This document shows positions 29,183-38,945 of a stretch of 64,000 nucleotides of DNA, in pieces (the stretch's first letter is position 1; every line of letters starts with the position of its first letter). The notes under the pieces were generated by a model. It was not told where the DNA came from. It searched no databases and was given only the letters and a program-made list of their open reading frames with translations. The stretch lies in the NCBI GenBank assembly GCA_033763315.1, contig JANRKS010000005.1:160001-224000 (forward strand), in the 5' to 3' direction. The DNA is from Deltaproteobacteria bacterium (GTDB lineage Bacteria > Myxococcota_A > Polyangia > Fen-1088). A program made the translations under genes and the position numbers.

Positions 29183-31651
29183 CTACTCCGTCCGTTGCAG
29201 CATCAGCCACGCCGTGAGATCCGCGATGTCAGCGGGCGACAAAAACGTTCCGTAACCCGATGGCATGGCGGAGACGTCCAGCATCTCGCGTTTTGTGATG
29301 TTCTGTTTTTGCAGCACCACCGTGGTGCCATCCGCCTGCGCCAGCCGCAAAAGTTTGCTGGTGTCTTCGCGCACGATGCCCGCGTATTCTTTGCCATCTT
29401 TCGTGGTGATCACCGCTTGCATGAAGCCTTCGATGATCGTGGCATTTGGGTCCAAGATCGATTCGGCCACATAACGGGCGTGAGCGCGGGTGCCTAGATC
29501 GGACAGATCCGGTCCCACCGCATTGCCCTTGCCGTTGACGGCGTGGCACAAGTGGCAACCTGGGCCTCCAGGTGCAAAAAACAGCACTTGGCCGCGCGCC
29601 GGGTTGCCTCTTGGCACCGCCTTTTCGGCTTCATCTAAGGTGGTTTCGTGATCAAGCGCGGGGCGTGCGATGGCGGCCGTGGCATCGACGGGTGCCGGCG
29701 GCACATGGCCGGTGCGTTCAAGCCACAAACGCGCCACCTGGCCCACCTGGGGATCATCACGCAACCGTTTGACCTGCGCGGCCGATAGCTGGTCCGTTTG
29801 CAGCAAGCCGAGCAGCGCGCCTTCGCGCACACCCGCGCTCTTATGGCGAAGCAGCGTCGACAACCGCGACGGATAGGCCTCGGCCAGCGTTTGCCAAAGC
29901 GCGTACCGCACCAGGCGCTCGGTTTCGTCGGCCAACGCCGCAGTGATGGCTGCAAGCGGCGGCCGCGGGAGTGAACGCAGCGCTTGTGCCGCCGCGAACC
30001 GCAACCGTGCGTCGCCTTGTGGAAGCAATGTGGTGGCTAACTTGGCAAGCGACGGCGGCCGCTGCGTGGTGAGGATCCGCAGAGCCGCCACGCGCGCTTG
30101 AACGCTGGCGCGCGCATCAAGCAGCGTTTCCTCAAACACGGGTGCCGTGCCCGGCAGCTTCCCCAAGGTCCACATGATCCACGTGCGAGCCAAATCGGGC
30201 AGTTCCGTGTGTTGCAAACGAGCCTGCAACACAGGCAACACCTCATTGGGCTTGCGCCGCAGCAGCTCTTGCTGCACGGCCACATTGCGCGCCGGCATGA
30301 ACGTCCCCAAGACGTTTACAAGATCGGAGACACTCCAGGCGGGCAGTGGGGTGTTTGCGAAGCGGTTGTCATTCGCAACAAGCGCAGATTCTTTATTCCA
30401 CATGCGAAAGACACGGCCTTCGTTGATCTCTGCCGTGTCGTCACCCTTTTGATAAGGCGCTGCTTTCGAACCATAGTGAGATCCCCAGCCCGCGATATAG
30501 AGGGCGCCATCAGGTCCCACCGCCATATCTGTGGGCCGAAACAGTGCCTCCGTGCCGCGCGCGTGAAAAATTTCATCCAGCGTGCCGTGTCGCTCGGCCC
30601 CCACCCATTTGCTTTGGTAAACGTAAATGGATTTGCGAATCCAGTCGCCGATCAAAAACTTGTTTTGAAACGCCGTTGGCCATTGCGACGCCGTGTAGAA
30701 CACCACGCCCACGCCCGAGCCATTGGCGTTGGGGAACAAACCTGAAAGCGGCACCGTGCCTGGGCTCTGGTCACCGTCCCACGAATCTGACCAAGCGTGC
30801 CGCTTGCCGAAGTGTGCACCGGCAAACGGTGTGATCACCCGATCATGCTCGGGTCCCGCGTCGTTGTCGGTGGCCAACCAATCGAACGTGGCGTCGAAAT
30901 CCATGTCGAAGGGGTTGCGCATGCCGCGCGCGAAGATTTGCAGCTGAGAACCATCGGGCTTGGCCTTAAGGACGCCGCCTTCAAGCTCAGGCCACGCGTC
31001 GATGAAGCCGTGCTTATACGTTGAGGCGGAGAATGTTTTCGGTTTCTGGCGCGAGAGGGCGTTGGATTTGACGCCCATCAAATCGCGAAACGGCCTGGGC
31101 GCCTTCGGGCTCACGGCGCTGTTGCCTTGGGACATGTAGAGCCACCCGTCGGGGCCAAACACGAGGCCGTGTAACCCATGACGGTTGTGGCCCAGGCCTT
31201 CGTAAAGCTTGATATACTCGTCGGCCACATCATCGCCATTTACGTCGCGCACCAAAGTCAGTTCTGGCGCGTTGGCGACGTATAGATCCTTGCCTCGCCA
31301 CGCGAGCCCCTGAATGCTGTTGAAGCCTGTGGCGAATGTGGTGGCGCTGTCGGCCACGCCGTCGTGGTTGGTGTCCTTGAGCAACACCACGTTGTCAGGC
31401 GGCGTTTGCGGCGTGGGCTTGCGGAACTGCGGCCCTCCGCCCACAAACAAGCGGCCCGCGGCGTCGAACGTCAACGCTGCCGGATGCATCAACATCGGCT
31501 CGCGTGCATAAAACGCGATGGCGAACGGCGCGGGAACTGGAGGCAGCAGATCAAGATTGTGGCTTTGTTCGTCCACCAACAGATCAGCGGCGGCGCTCGA
31601 TGCCACAGCCATAGCCGCCGCCGCGGCAAAAACGATCTTGCGCGACAACAT
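29183..31651 (-). CDS. PVC-type membrane-bound dehydrogenase-like protein (beta-propeller, HEAT repeats, cytochrome c)
   Basis: FYAREPM, DTNHDGVAD, FGPDGWLY, GMRNP, HEAT-like repeats, then CHLCH...VGPDL...ESILDP...SAMP. Confidence 0.85.
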   Translation of the reverse strand: MLSRKIVFAAAAAMAVASSAAADLLVDEQSHNLDLLPPVPAPFAIAFYAREPMLMHPAALTFDAAGRLFVGGGPQFRKPTPQTPPDNVVLLKDTNHDGVADSATTFATGFNSIQGLAWRGKDLYVANAPELTLVRDVNGDDVADEYIKLYEGLGHNRHGLHGLVFGPDGWLYMSQGNSAVSPKAPRPFRDLMGVKSNALSRQKPKTFSASTYKHGFIDAWPELEGGVLKAKPDGSQLQIFARGMRNPFDMDFDATFDWLATDNDAGPEHDRVITPFAGAHFGKRHAWSDSWDGDQSPGTVPLSGLFPNANGSGVGVVFYTASQWPTAFQNKFLIGDWIRKSIYVYQSKWVGAERHGTLDEIFHARGTEALFRPTDMAVGPDGALYIAGWGSHYGSKAAPYQKGDDTAEINEGRVFRMWNKESALVANDNRFANTPLPAWSVSDLVNVLGTFMPARNVAVQQELLRRKPNEVLPVLQARLQHTELPDLARTWIMWTLGKLPGTAPVFEETLLDARASVQARVAALRILTTQRPPSLAKLATTLLPQGDARLRFAAAQALRSLPRPPLAAITAALADETERLVRYALWQTLAEAYPSRLSTLLRHKSAGVREGALLGLLQTDQLSAAQVKRLRDDPQVGQVARLWLERTGHVPPAPVDATAAIARPALDHETTLDEAEKAVPRGNPARGQVLFFAPGGPGCHLCHAVNGKGNAVGPDLSDLGTRAHARYVAESILDPNATIIEGFMQAVITTKDGKEYAGIVREDTSKLLRLAQADGTTVVLQKQNITKREMLDVSAMPSGYGTFLSPADIADLTAWLMLQRTE

Positions 31652-31661
31652 CACGGGCCGC

Positions 31662-32732
31662 TTAAGGCAAGGCCGCCAACAACTCGGTGTTCTCTTCGTG
31701 CGTGCCAATCGAGATGCGGATGCGATCCGCGAGGCCGGGCTTGTTGAAGTGTCTCACGAGAATTCCTTTTTGCTTCAGGTGAGCGTAAAGACTGCCACCA
31801 TCGCCGCTGGGCGGCCGCGCAAAGAGGAAATTTGTTTGGCTGGGAATCACATCCCAGCCTCTGGCTGTGAGCTCTGACACCATGCGGGCGCGCTCCTGTT
31901 TCACTTTCGCCCACGTGCTGCGCGCGTAATTCTGATCGCGCAGCGCCGCTGTGGCCGCTGTGATCGCCAGCGCGTCGCAGTTGTAACTGTCTTTGACTTT
32001 GGCCAACTCCTCGATGACCTGCGCCGCCCCGAGCGCGTAACCAAACCGCAGCCCTGCCAGGCTGTACGATTTGCTCAGCGTCCTCGATAGCACCACGTTC
32101 GGGCAGTCTGCGAGCAAAGGCAGGCCGCTTTCCTCGGCGAACTCAACATACGCCTCATCGATCAACACCAAGCCCGCAAAACTGTGAGCGAACTGGCGCA
32201 ACGTTTCCGTGGAAACCACTGTGCCGCTCGGCGCGTTGGGGTTCGTGATGAACACCACGCGTGCCCCGGTGGCCCGCAGCGCTTCGGCGGGCAACGTCCA
32301 ACGATCGTTCCATGCCACCGGCGCCACGCGCGCCCCGTGGATCTCTGCCAGCACGGGATAAAGCGAATAGCTGGGGTCAGGGTAGGCCAGCACATCGCCT
32401 GCGTTCAGATACGCGCGAATCACGATGTTCAGAATGTCGTCGCTGCCATTGCCCGCCAACACCTGCGCGGGGCTCACGCCATAAAGCTGGGCGGCGGCTT
32501 CCCTGAAGGCATCGGCCATGGGCGACGGGTAACGTCGCAATCGATCCACGTCGAAGTTGTTGATCGCTTCTGCCACGAGTGGGCTTGGCGGATAAGGGTT
32601 CTCGTTGGTGTTGAGTTTGATGATCTTCTCACCCGGCTTGGGTTGCTCGCCCGGCGTATAGCCAGCCGAGCGCGCCACAGATTCGCGGGGCGGTGGAAAC
32701 GGAACGGGTGTTCGCATGGATCGTTTGCTCAT
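31662..32732 (-). CDS. hisC: Histidinol-phosphate aminotransferase
   Basis: YTPGEQP, KLNTNENPYPPSP, GNGSD, DEAYVEF and RTLSKSYSLAGLRFG (PLP Lys). Confidence 0.92.
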   Translation of the reverse strand: MSKRSMRTPVPFPPPRESVARSAGYTPGEQPKPGEKIIKLNTNENPYPPSPLVAEAINNFDVDRLRRYPSPMADAFREAAAQLYGVSPAQVLAGNGSDDILNIVIRAYLNAGDVLAYPDPSYSLYPVLAEIHGARVAPVAWNDRWTLPAEALRATGARVVFITNPNAPSGTVVSTETLRQFAHSFAGLVLIDEAYVEFAEESGLPLLADCPNVVLSRTLSKSYSLAGLRFGYALGAAQVIEELAKVKDSYNCDALAITAATAALRDQNYARSTWAKVKQERARMVSELTARGWDVIPSQTNFLFARPPSGDGGSLYAHLKQKGILVRHFNKPGLADRIRISIGTHEENTELLAALP

Positions 32733-32766
32733 GGGAGGGCAATTTCAAAGAAAAGGGACCGGCGTC

Positions 32767-34029
32767 TTACGCCAGATAGGGAATCGTCATCGGGCCCTCA
32801 GGCAACACAGCGATGGGCGTGTCGAGGCCGCGCTTTTGCAGCTCCAGCGTGAGCCGGGCCGAGATGTCTTTGACGGGTTCGATGTGGGCTGCCTGCAAAT
32901 CGACATCAGCCATTTCACTGTAAACGCCGACCTTCGCGCGGTTTGCGATCAGCGCAAACAACTGCGCTTGCCACTGATCGAATTTTGAGAAGCCCGGCGT
33001 GTTGATGGTGTCGAGGATGGCTTGCGGCGACGCGTGCTGCGTGAGGAATTCACGGAAATTGCCGTGCGCTGGGAAACCATCGTTGCAGCGGGCGGCCGCC
33101 AAGATCAAACCACCGTCGGCGACGATTTGCGCCGCCGCTGACATGCCTTTGACGGTTTGATACAGGTTTTGATCAAGCGGAAAGCCCGAGTTGCTTGTGA
33201 CGACAATCGGATAAGGATGCGGGCACGCCACCATCGCGGTGCTTTTGGCGAACGCACAACCAGCTTCGTGCGCCGTAAGGGGATCGCCACAGAAAAAACG
33301 CGTGATTTGGCGTTTGCGGTTGAGCGTAACGTTCAACAAGAAGTCGAGCGGCAACACTTGCCCGTAGGCGCGAACCTGATCTTGCGTGGGGTTGTCGTGC
33401 AGGCGCCCCCACGTGCTGCGCGGATCACCAATCACCTGGGCGCGGTGGTAGTGCATGATGGTGTTGATGTCGGCGATCGCTGGGAAGATGCCCTTGTAGC
33501 CGCCGGAGAACCCCGCCATGAAGTGGGGCTCTATGAAGCCGAGCGCGATGCGTTTGTCGGCCTCCACATACTCGCGGTTCATATACACTTTGCGGCCATC
33601 GGGGCCGGTGCCCGCAAGGGCCAAAGTGCTGGGATCGTGCGCGTCGTGGTTCACCACGCGGTAGCGCGAAAGCACGTCGGCGCCCACCATTTGCGCAAGC
33701 TCTGCTTGCGTATTGGCGCGGTGAGAGCCCGTGCCATTGATGATCACAATGTTGGCGTCGGGCACATGGGGCAGCGCCTTGAACAACCATGGCAGCAAAC
33801 GGTCTGAAGGCAGCGGCCGGGTGCCGTCAGGGATCACCACCGCCAAGCGCTCGTGGCTTTGCACGATCTCACGTAAGGGGCGACCGCCGAGCGGCGCCGC
33901 CGCCACCTGGGCGAAGGCCGCGGCTTCATCGGTCAGGCCCGGCACGAAAGTGGGTTCGATGATGCGGACGTTGTTTCCGGGCACATCAATGGGTAGGCCC
34001 GTGGTTCCGTATTGCAGGTTTATGTTCAT
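32767..34029 (-). CDS. larA: Nickel-pincer-dependent lactate racemase family protein
   Basis: DGTRPLP, GTGSHR, NHDA, EPHFMAGFSGGYKG, PLDQNLYQTVKG and PEGP motifs. Confidence 0.88.
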   Translation of the reverse strand: MNINLQYGTTGLPIDVPGNNVRIIEPTFVPGLTDEAAAFAQVAAAPLGGRPLREIVQSHERLAVVIPDGTRPLPSDRLLPWLFKALPHVPDANIVIINGTGSHRANTQAELAQMVGADVLSRYRVVNHDAHDPSTLALAGTGPDGRKVYMNREYVEADKRIALGFIEPHFMAGFSGGYKGIFPAIADINTIMHYHRAQVIGDPRSTWGRLHDNPTQDQVRAYGQVLPLDFLLNVTLNRKRQITRFFCGDPLTAHEAGCAFAKSTAMVACPHPYPIVVTSNSGFPLDQNLYQTVKGMSAAAQIVADGGLILAAARCNDGFPAHGNFREFLTQHASPQAILDTINTPGFSKFDQWQAQLFALIANRAKVGVYSEMADVDLQAAHIEPVKDISARLTLELQKRGLDTPIAVLPEGPMTIPYLA

Positions 34030-34179
34030 GGGAAGCGAGCCTGTGAAGTTAACACGGAAAGCCCGTGGGCAATGGGGCGTCGTCGTGCGTCATGTGAGGT
34101 ACGTTCAGTGCCTGGGTGGGGCTCATCACCTGTGTCCGGGCCTCGCGCCTGCGACGCTTGCGGTATATATCCGCCCCTC

Positions 34180-34899
34180 ATGAAACTCCTCGCCCCCGAC
34201 GTTGCCACCGCCGCCGCTCGCCTTGAGGGCCAACCCGCCCAGGACGTGCTGGCGTGGGCCCTGCAGACCTTTGGCAACCGGCTCGCCATCGCTTCAAGCT
34301 TCTCAATCGAAGACTGCGTTGTCATCGACATCGCCGCGAAAATTGACCCTCAAGTGCGCGTGTTCGCGCTCGACACGGGCCGCTTGCCGGAAGAGACGTA
34401 TCAGACCGCCGATCGCGTGCGCGACAAGTATCGGCTGCAGATCGAGTGGTACTTTCCTGCCCGCGACGCTGTTGAAGTTATGGAACGCAACAAGGGCATG
34501 TTCAGTTTCATGGAATCGCTCGACAACCGCCACGAGTGCTGCGGCATCCGCAAGGTGGAGCCGTTGAACCGCGCGCTGGCCACGGTGGACGCGTGGGTTA
34601 CGGGCCTGCGCCGCGAACAAGCGGTGACCCGTTCGAATACGCCCGAAGTTGAATTTGACGAAGGCCACGGCGGCATCGCCAAGCTGAACCCGATCATTGG
34701 CTGGTCAGAAGAGCAAACGCGTGCGTACGCCAAAGCCAACCGCGTGCCCGTGCACCCGCTGCATGATCGGGGTTACCCGTCGATTGGCTGCGCGCCCTGC
34801 ACGCGTGCCGTGGCGCCGGGCGAGCACCCGCGCGCTGGTCGCTGGTGGTGGGAGAATCCTGAAAGCAAAGAATGCGGTTTGCATCCCGTAAGGGGATGA
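34180..34899 (+). CDS. cysH: (Phospho)adenylyl-sulfate reductase, Fe-S (APS-type)
   Basis: LDTGRL, ECCGIRKVEP and SIGCAPCT (4Fe-4S ligands), ECGLH. Confidence 0.92.
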   Translation: MKLLAPDVATAAARLEGQPAQDVLAWALQTFGNRLAIASSFSIEDCVVIDIAAKIDPQVRVFALDTGRLPEETYQTADRVRDKYRLQIEWYFPARDAVEVMERNKGMFSFMESLDNRHECCGIRKVEPLNRALATVDAWVTGLRREQAVTRSNTPEVEFDEGHGGIAKLNPIIGWSEEQTRAYAKANRVPVHPLHDRGYPSIGCAPCTRAVAPGEHPRAGRWWWENPESKECGLHPVRG

Positions 34900-34909
34900 G
34901 GTGCCTGCG

Positions 34910-35374
34910 CTAGGGCGCGAGGTTGACGTCCGTGGGATCCGGGCGGGTTTGCCATTGCGGCGGCTGGTCCGGATCCGCTTCCAGATCGCTCAACTGAATC
35001 TTCATGGCGCCTGACGAGAGCTGGATTTCGCGCACCGAGATCAGCAGCGAGGCCATCATCATCACGAGGCTGACGCCGAACACGGCCTTGGCCACTTGAG
35101 GCACCCCGGCGAACAGCAGGAACATCGCCACCACGCACAGAAACAACGCGATGACGCCTGTGCCTTGCATCTTCCGAATGAGTTCAAGACGTGTGCGCAG
35201 GTTTTGGATTTGCGCCACCAGCAGCTTGCTGCGGTTTTGCTGGTATTGGGCGTGCAGCCCGCGCACCACCGTGGACAGCGCCAAGAAGCGGTTCGTGTAG
35301 GCCAGCAACAGCAAGGAAATCGCAGGGAACAGCAGGGCGGGGGTGCCCAAGGTCATGTCGCTATTCATGACCAC
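34910..35374 (-). CDS. DUF2721 family membrane protein
   Basis: TPALLFPAISLLLLAYTNRFL...QIQNLR.RL.LIRKMQ, with three TM segments. Confidence 0.8.
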   Translation of the reverse strand: MVMNSDMTLGTPALLFPAISLLLLAYTNRFLALSTVVRGLHAQYQQNRSKLLVAQIQNLRTRLELIRKMQGTGVIALFLCVVAMFLLFAGVPQVAKAVFGVSLVMMMASLLISVREIQLSSGAMKIQLSDLEADPDQPPQWQTRPDPTDVNLAP

Positions 35375-35410
35375 GAAGCATGACAGATGCGGCGGGGTGT
35401 TTGTGGCGGC

Positions 35411-35830
35411 CTAAGCCATCGCCGTGAGCGTGCCACGGCGGGCGTCGTTCTCGTCGTCTTGGTCGTCGTCGAGAACGTCGTTGAGCTTCAGATGTTCTCG
35501 GAGCGCCAGGCGGTGCTTGCGGATGTGTTCCTGCAGCAAGCGTTTGGCCGTGCGGAAGGCGTCACGGGCGGCGACGTAGGGGTTTTCATGTGAGCCGTCA
35601 AAAGCATGGTCTTTGCCAACCACCAGATCGACGCCTAGCAAGTGCAGCTCAACGCGCACCTGGTAACTCACGCCCTTGGTCTGGTGGGTGTGTGGGCGCA
35701 AAATGGTGGTGCGGCACCAGGTGATACCTCGGTGCATGCGCAGGAGGCGATCGGCTTTGCGGCGGATGTTGGATTCCAACGTCGGCGAAGCGGGAACATC
35801 ACGGAAAACGATTTGAATGGCTTCAGTCAT
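35411..35830 (-). CDS. HPF/RaiA family ribosome-associated protein
   Basis: IQIVFRDV...ITWCR...YQVRVEL...HENPYVAARDAF; GGAGG RBS before ATG 35830. Confidence 0.75.
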   Translation of the reverse strand: MTEAIQIVFRDVPASPTLESNIRRKADRLLRMHRGITWCRTTILRPHTHQTKGVSYQVRVELHLLGVDLVVGKDHAFDGSHENPYVAARDAFRTAKRLLQEHIRKHRLALREHLKLNDVLDDDQDDENDARRGTLTAMA

Positions 35831-35852
35831 TGGAACCTCCAACCGTTTGTGC

Positions 35853-35868
35853 TGCTACTTCTGTGCCA
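35853..35868 (-). promoter_or_regulatory. sigma54 (-24/-12) promoter for the HPF gene
   Basis: Minus strand TGGCACAGAAGTAGCA (GG-N10-GC). Confidence 0.6.
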
Positions 35869-35908
35869 CGGCCTGGTGCGCACGACGCTGGGGCATCCGG
35901 GCCGCAAA

Positions 35909-35953
35909 GTGCAGGGAATGCCTGCGAGCCATGTGAATGTGCACGCCTTGCGC
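35909..35953. promoter_or_regulatory. Tandem enhancer-binding-protein sites (GCGCA-N5-TGCGC-like), 30 bp apart
   Basis: GTGCA-GGGAA-TGCCT (35909) and GTGCA-CGCCT-TGCGC (35939), between two divergent sigma54 promoters. Confidence 0.55.
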
Positions 35954-35982
35954 GAATGGCGGTGAAACGCTGCCACCACGCG

Positions 35983-35998
35983 TGGCACAGGACGTGCT
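35983..35998 (+). promoter_or_regulatory. sigma54 promoter for the triple-USP gene and downstream hybrid kinase
   Basis: TGGCACAGGACGTGCT (GG-N10-GC). Confidence 0.6.
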
Positions 35999-36013
35999 GA
36001 GCCAACAGGTGCC

Positions 36014-37390
36014 ATGAACATACTTGTTGCAACGGATTTCACGAAGCCATCAGAGCACGCGGTTCAACTGGCGGCCGCTTTGGCGAAACGCTTGGGTGAT
36101 GGCTTGATCATCGCGTACGCGCACGAGCCGTCGACGGTTACATCGCCGGATTTCGCCGTTGACGTGGAAGCCTTAGAAGCGGCGGTGGTGCAAAAGGCCG
36201 AGGCAGGTCTCAAGCAGCTGGCGCGAGATTTGGTGGCCAACGGCGTGTCTGTGCAAACGCGTGTGGTGCGTGGGGCTGTGGTCGATAGCCTTGTGAAACT
36301 GGGTCACGACGAACAGGCTCGTTTCATTGTGGCTGGCACACACGCGCGTGGCACTGTGGGGCGGTTGTTGTTGGGCAGCGTCGCAGAGCGATTGGTGTTG
36401 CAGGCCGACCGACCCGTGTTGGTGGCGCGCGGCAGTGGCGACGAAGGGCTTCGCGCTTGGGCCGTGGGTGAGCGCCCCTTGCACGTGGCGGTGGCCGTGG
36501 ATCTCAGTGTGGCGTCCAAGGTGGGCGTGGAATGGATTCGGCAACTGCGGGCCGCGATGCCGTGTGATGTGACGTTCTTGCATTTTTATTGGCCGCCCGA
36601 GCAGTTTGCGCGGCTGGGCATCAGCACCGAAGCCGCTTTGGACGCCGCCGATCCTGTGACCGTGGCTGTGATTGAAAAGGAGCTGCGCGCGTTCGTGGGT
36701 GAATTGCCTGGGTCGGGGCGCGTGGCGTTTAAGATCGAGAGCAATTGGGGCGAGCTCGGCAGCCACTTGGCGTCAGCGGCCAGCGACGTCGATGCAGATT
36801 TGCTGGTGATGGGCGTGCACCAACGGCGCGGCGCCAAGCGTTTGTTTTTGGGCTCCACCGTTGCCCCCACCTTGCATGCCGCCATTGTGCCCGTGCTGGC
36901 TGTGTCGCGTGTTGATGAGGTGGCCGAGCGGACGCAGATCCCCACCATCTCGCAAGTGTTGGTGGCCACGGATCTGTCGAACTTAAGCGGCGGCGCTGTG
37001 CCCTATGCTTACAGCTTGGTTGAACGCGGCGGCGTGGTTCATTTGCTGCACGTGGCGGATCGCAACGACAAGCACAGTGTGTGGGATTTCTCGTTGAGCA
37101 AGGGCAAAGGCCTGCCGCTGCCCGTGGCTGCGGAGATCGAGGCAGCGCTGCGGGCGCTTGTGCCCGACGGTGCGGATCGACGTGACATTCGCACGCAGGT
37201 GCACGTTGTGGAAGGCGGCCGCGTGAGCACCCTCATCTTGCAGCATGCGGGCCGGTTAGGCGTGAACGCCATTTGCGTCGGCTCGCACGGTGCGGGTGGG
37301 TTGGGTAAAGTGTTGGTGGGTTCCGTCGCCCAGCAAGTGCTCGAGGGCGCCACGGTGCCTGTGTTTGTTGTGCGCGGCTTGCGCGCGTAG
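36014..37390 (+). CDS. Universal stress protein with three USP domains
   Basis: Three repeats starting ILVATDF / VAVAVDL / VLVATDL, each with a G-x-H...GS[VT] motif. Confidence 0.9.
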   Translation: MNILVATDFTKPSEHAVQLAAALAKRLGDGLIIAYAHEPSTVTSPDFAVDVEALEAAVVQKAEAGLKQLARDLVANGVSVQTRVVRGAVVDSLVKLGHDEQARFIVAGTHARGTVGRLLLGSVAERLVLQADRPVLVARGSGDEGLRAWAVGERPLHVAVAVDLSVASKVGVEWIRQLRAAMPCDVTFLHFYWPPEQFARLGISTEAALDAADPVTVAVIEKELRAFVGELPGSGRVAFKIESNWGELGSHLASAASDVDADLLVMGVHQRRGAKRLFLGSTVAPTLHAAIVPVLAVSRVDEVAERTQIPTISQVLVATDLSNLSGGAVPYAYSLVERGGVVHLLHVADRNDKHSVWDFSLSKGKGLPLPVAAEIEAALRALVPDGADRRDIRTQVHVVEGGRVSTLILQHAGRLGVNAICVGSHGAGGLGKVLVGSVAQQVLEGATVPVFVVRGLRA

Positions 37391-37435
37391 ACGCCTTCGC
37401 TTTACACCGCCAGCGTCGTCGCTCATTGTTGGGGC

Positions 37436-38857
37436 ATGACGCCGCTGGTTTTGATCGTCGATGATGATGAGGCACTGGCTGACAACCTCGCGGAGATAGT
37501 CGAGACGCTGCCGTGTGCGCCTCGCACGGTCTCGAACGGACATGAGGCTTTGGCCGTGGCTGCGGCGGGTGATGTGGCCGTGGCGTTGGTTGATGTGAGG
37601 TTGCCTGACGGCGGCGGCAGTGAGCTGGCGCGACGCTTGCGCCATGAGGTGCCGCTGGTGCAGGTCATCATGATCACGGGCGATGCGACGGTTGAAAGCG
37701 CCATTGCGGCCGTGGGTGATGGCGCGTTCGCGTTTGTGCTTAAGCCATTCGATGTGCCGCGCTTGCTCGACACCGTGAAACAGGCGTTGGCGCGGGCCAC
37801 TTTGTTGCGAGAGCGCGCGCGTTTGCAGCTTGAATTGGAGCGCAGCGAACGGCGGCACCGTGAGGTTGTGGAGGCGGTGCCTGCGTTTGTGCTGGGGTTG
37901 GACGCGCAGGGGCGGATCGTGCTGTGGAACCGGCGGCTTGAGGAGATCACCGGGTTTTCTCGCGACGTGATGTTGGGGCGCGACGGGCGGCAATTTGTGG
38001 GGGAGGGGCCCACGGCCATCCCCACGTCCGCAGGATCGGAAGTGCTGGTTCGCTGGGAGCGCGCGGCGGCAGAACACGATAACCCTGTGACCTACGCCGT
38101 GGGTATAGACGTAACCCGGGAACAAGAGATGGCGCGGCGAACGTTGCGGGCCGAGCGGCTTGCGGCCGTGGGCACTTTGGCCGCGGGATTGGCGCACGAG
38201 ATTCGCAATCCGTTGAACGCCGCGACCTTGCAGCTGCAGCTGTTGACGCGTCGGTTGGACCGGGGGGACAGCTCGGCCGAAACCGTGCGATCAATTACCC
38301 AGGTTGTTCAAAGTGAGATTGAGCGCCTGGAGCGGTTGGTCAATGACTTCTTGGCTTTTGCGCGGCCGCACCCGCTGCAGGTGGCGTCGATGGACCTTCG
38401 TGAAGTGGTGGGAGCCGTCCTATCGTTCTTAGAACCCGAGGCCGAGCTGCGACACGTAAAGGTGGTGTGCGACACGGGCGAGCTTGTGCCGCCCGTGGAA
38501 GGGGATCGCGAACGGCTGCGCCAGGTGCTGCTTAACCTGGCTCGCAATGCCATAGAGGCCATGCCCGACGGTGGCGTTCTGACGGTGCGTGTGCACGCTT
38601 CCCGGGATGGCGTATCGCTTGAGGTGGAAGACACCGGGGTTGGCATCGAGAACGACTCCGCCATCTTCGATGCGTTCTACACAACCAAGCCCCAAGGCAC
38701 CGGCCTGGGCCTGAGTCTCGTCCACCGCATCATCGGCGACCACGGCGGCACCATCGCCGTAAAATCGCAACCTGGGAGTACCCGCTTCACTATCTGGCTG
38801 CCCCTCGCCGTCGTCTCTCCCCCCTCTCCCCGGCCTCGCCAGCCCGTGCCGCTATGA
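37436..38857 (+). CDS. Hybrid REC-PAS-HisKA-HATPase sensor kinase (NmpS-like)
   Basis: LIVDDD...LVDVRLP...KPF receiver; PAS WNRRLEEITG; AHEIRNPL; DTGVG and GTGLGL. Confidence 0.9.
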   Translation: MTPLVLIVDDDEALADNLAEIVETLPCAPRTVSNGHEALAVAAAGDVAVALVDVRLPDGGGSELARRLRHEVPLVQVIMITGDATVESAIAAVGDGAFAFVLKPFDVPRLLDTVKQALARATLLRERARLQLELERSERRHREVVEAVPAFVLGLDAQGRIVLWNRRLEEITGFSRDVMLGRDGRQFVGEGPTAIPTSAGSEVLVRWERAAAEHDNPVTYAVGIDVTREQEMARRTLRAERLAAVGTLAAGLAHEIRNPLNAATLQLQLLTRRLDRGDSSAETVRSITQVVQSEIERLERLVNDFLAFARPHPLQVASMDLREVVGAVLSFLEPEAELRHVKVVCDTGELVPPVEGDRERLRQVLLNLARNAIEAMPDGGVLTVRVHASRDGVSLEVEDTGVGIENDSAIFDAFYTTKPQGTGLGLSLVHRIIGDHGGTIAVKSQPGSTRFTIWLPLAVVSPPSPRPRQPVPL

Positions 38858-38884
38858 GGCGTCCCCGTGCCGCTGTGAGGCGTC
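38843..38884 (+). repeat. Tandem 21-bp duplication abutting a CCCAGGTT motif
   Basis: CCCGTGCCGCTATGAGGCGTC followed by CCCGTGCCGCTGTGAGGCGTC (1 mismatch), then CCAGGTTGC. Confidence 0.9.
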
Positions 38885-38945
38885 CCAGGTTGCGTTTTTT
38901 GCGCTTTGGTCGCAACAAATCTCTGCGGCTCGCGATAACGGGAAT

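Noticed and set aside
38843-38884. 21-bp tandem repeat as a CRISPR array
   Set aside because: Only two directly adjacent copies, no spacers and no cas genes in the window.
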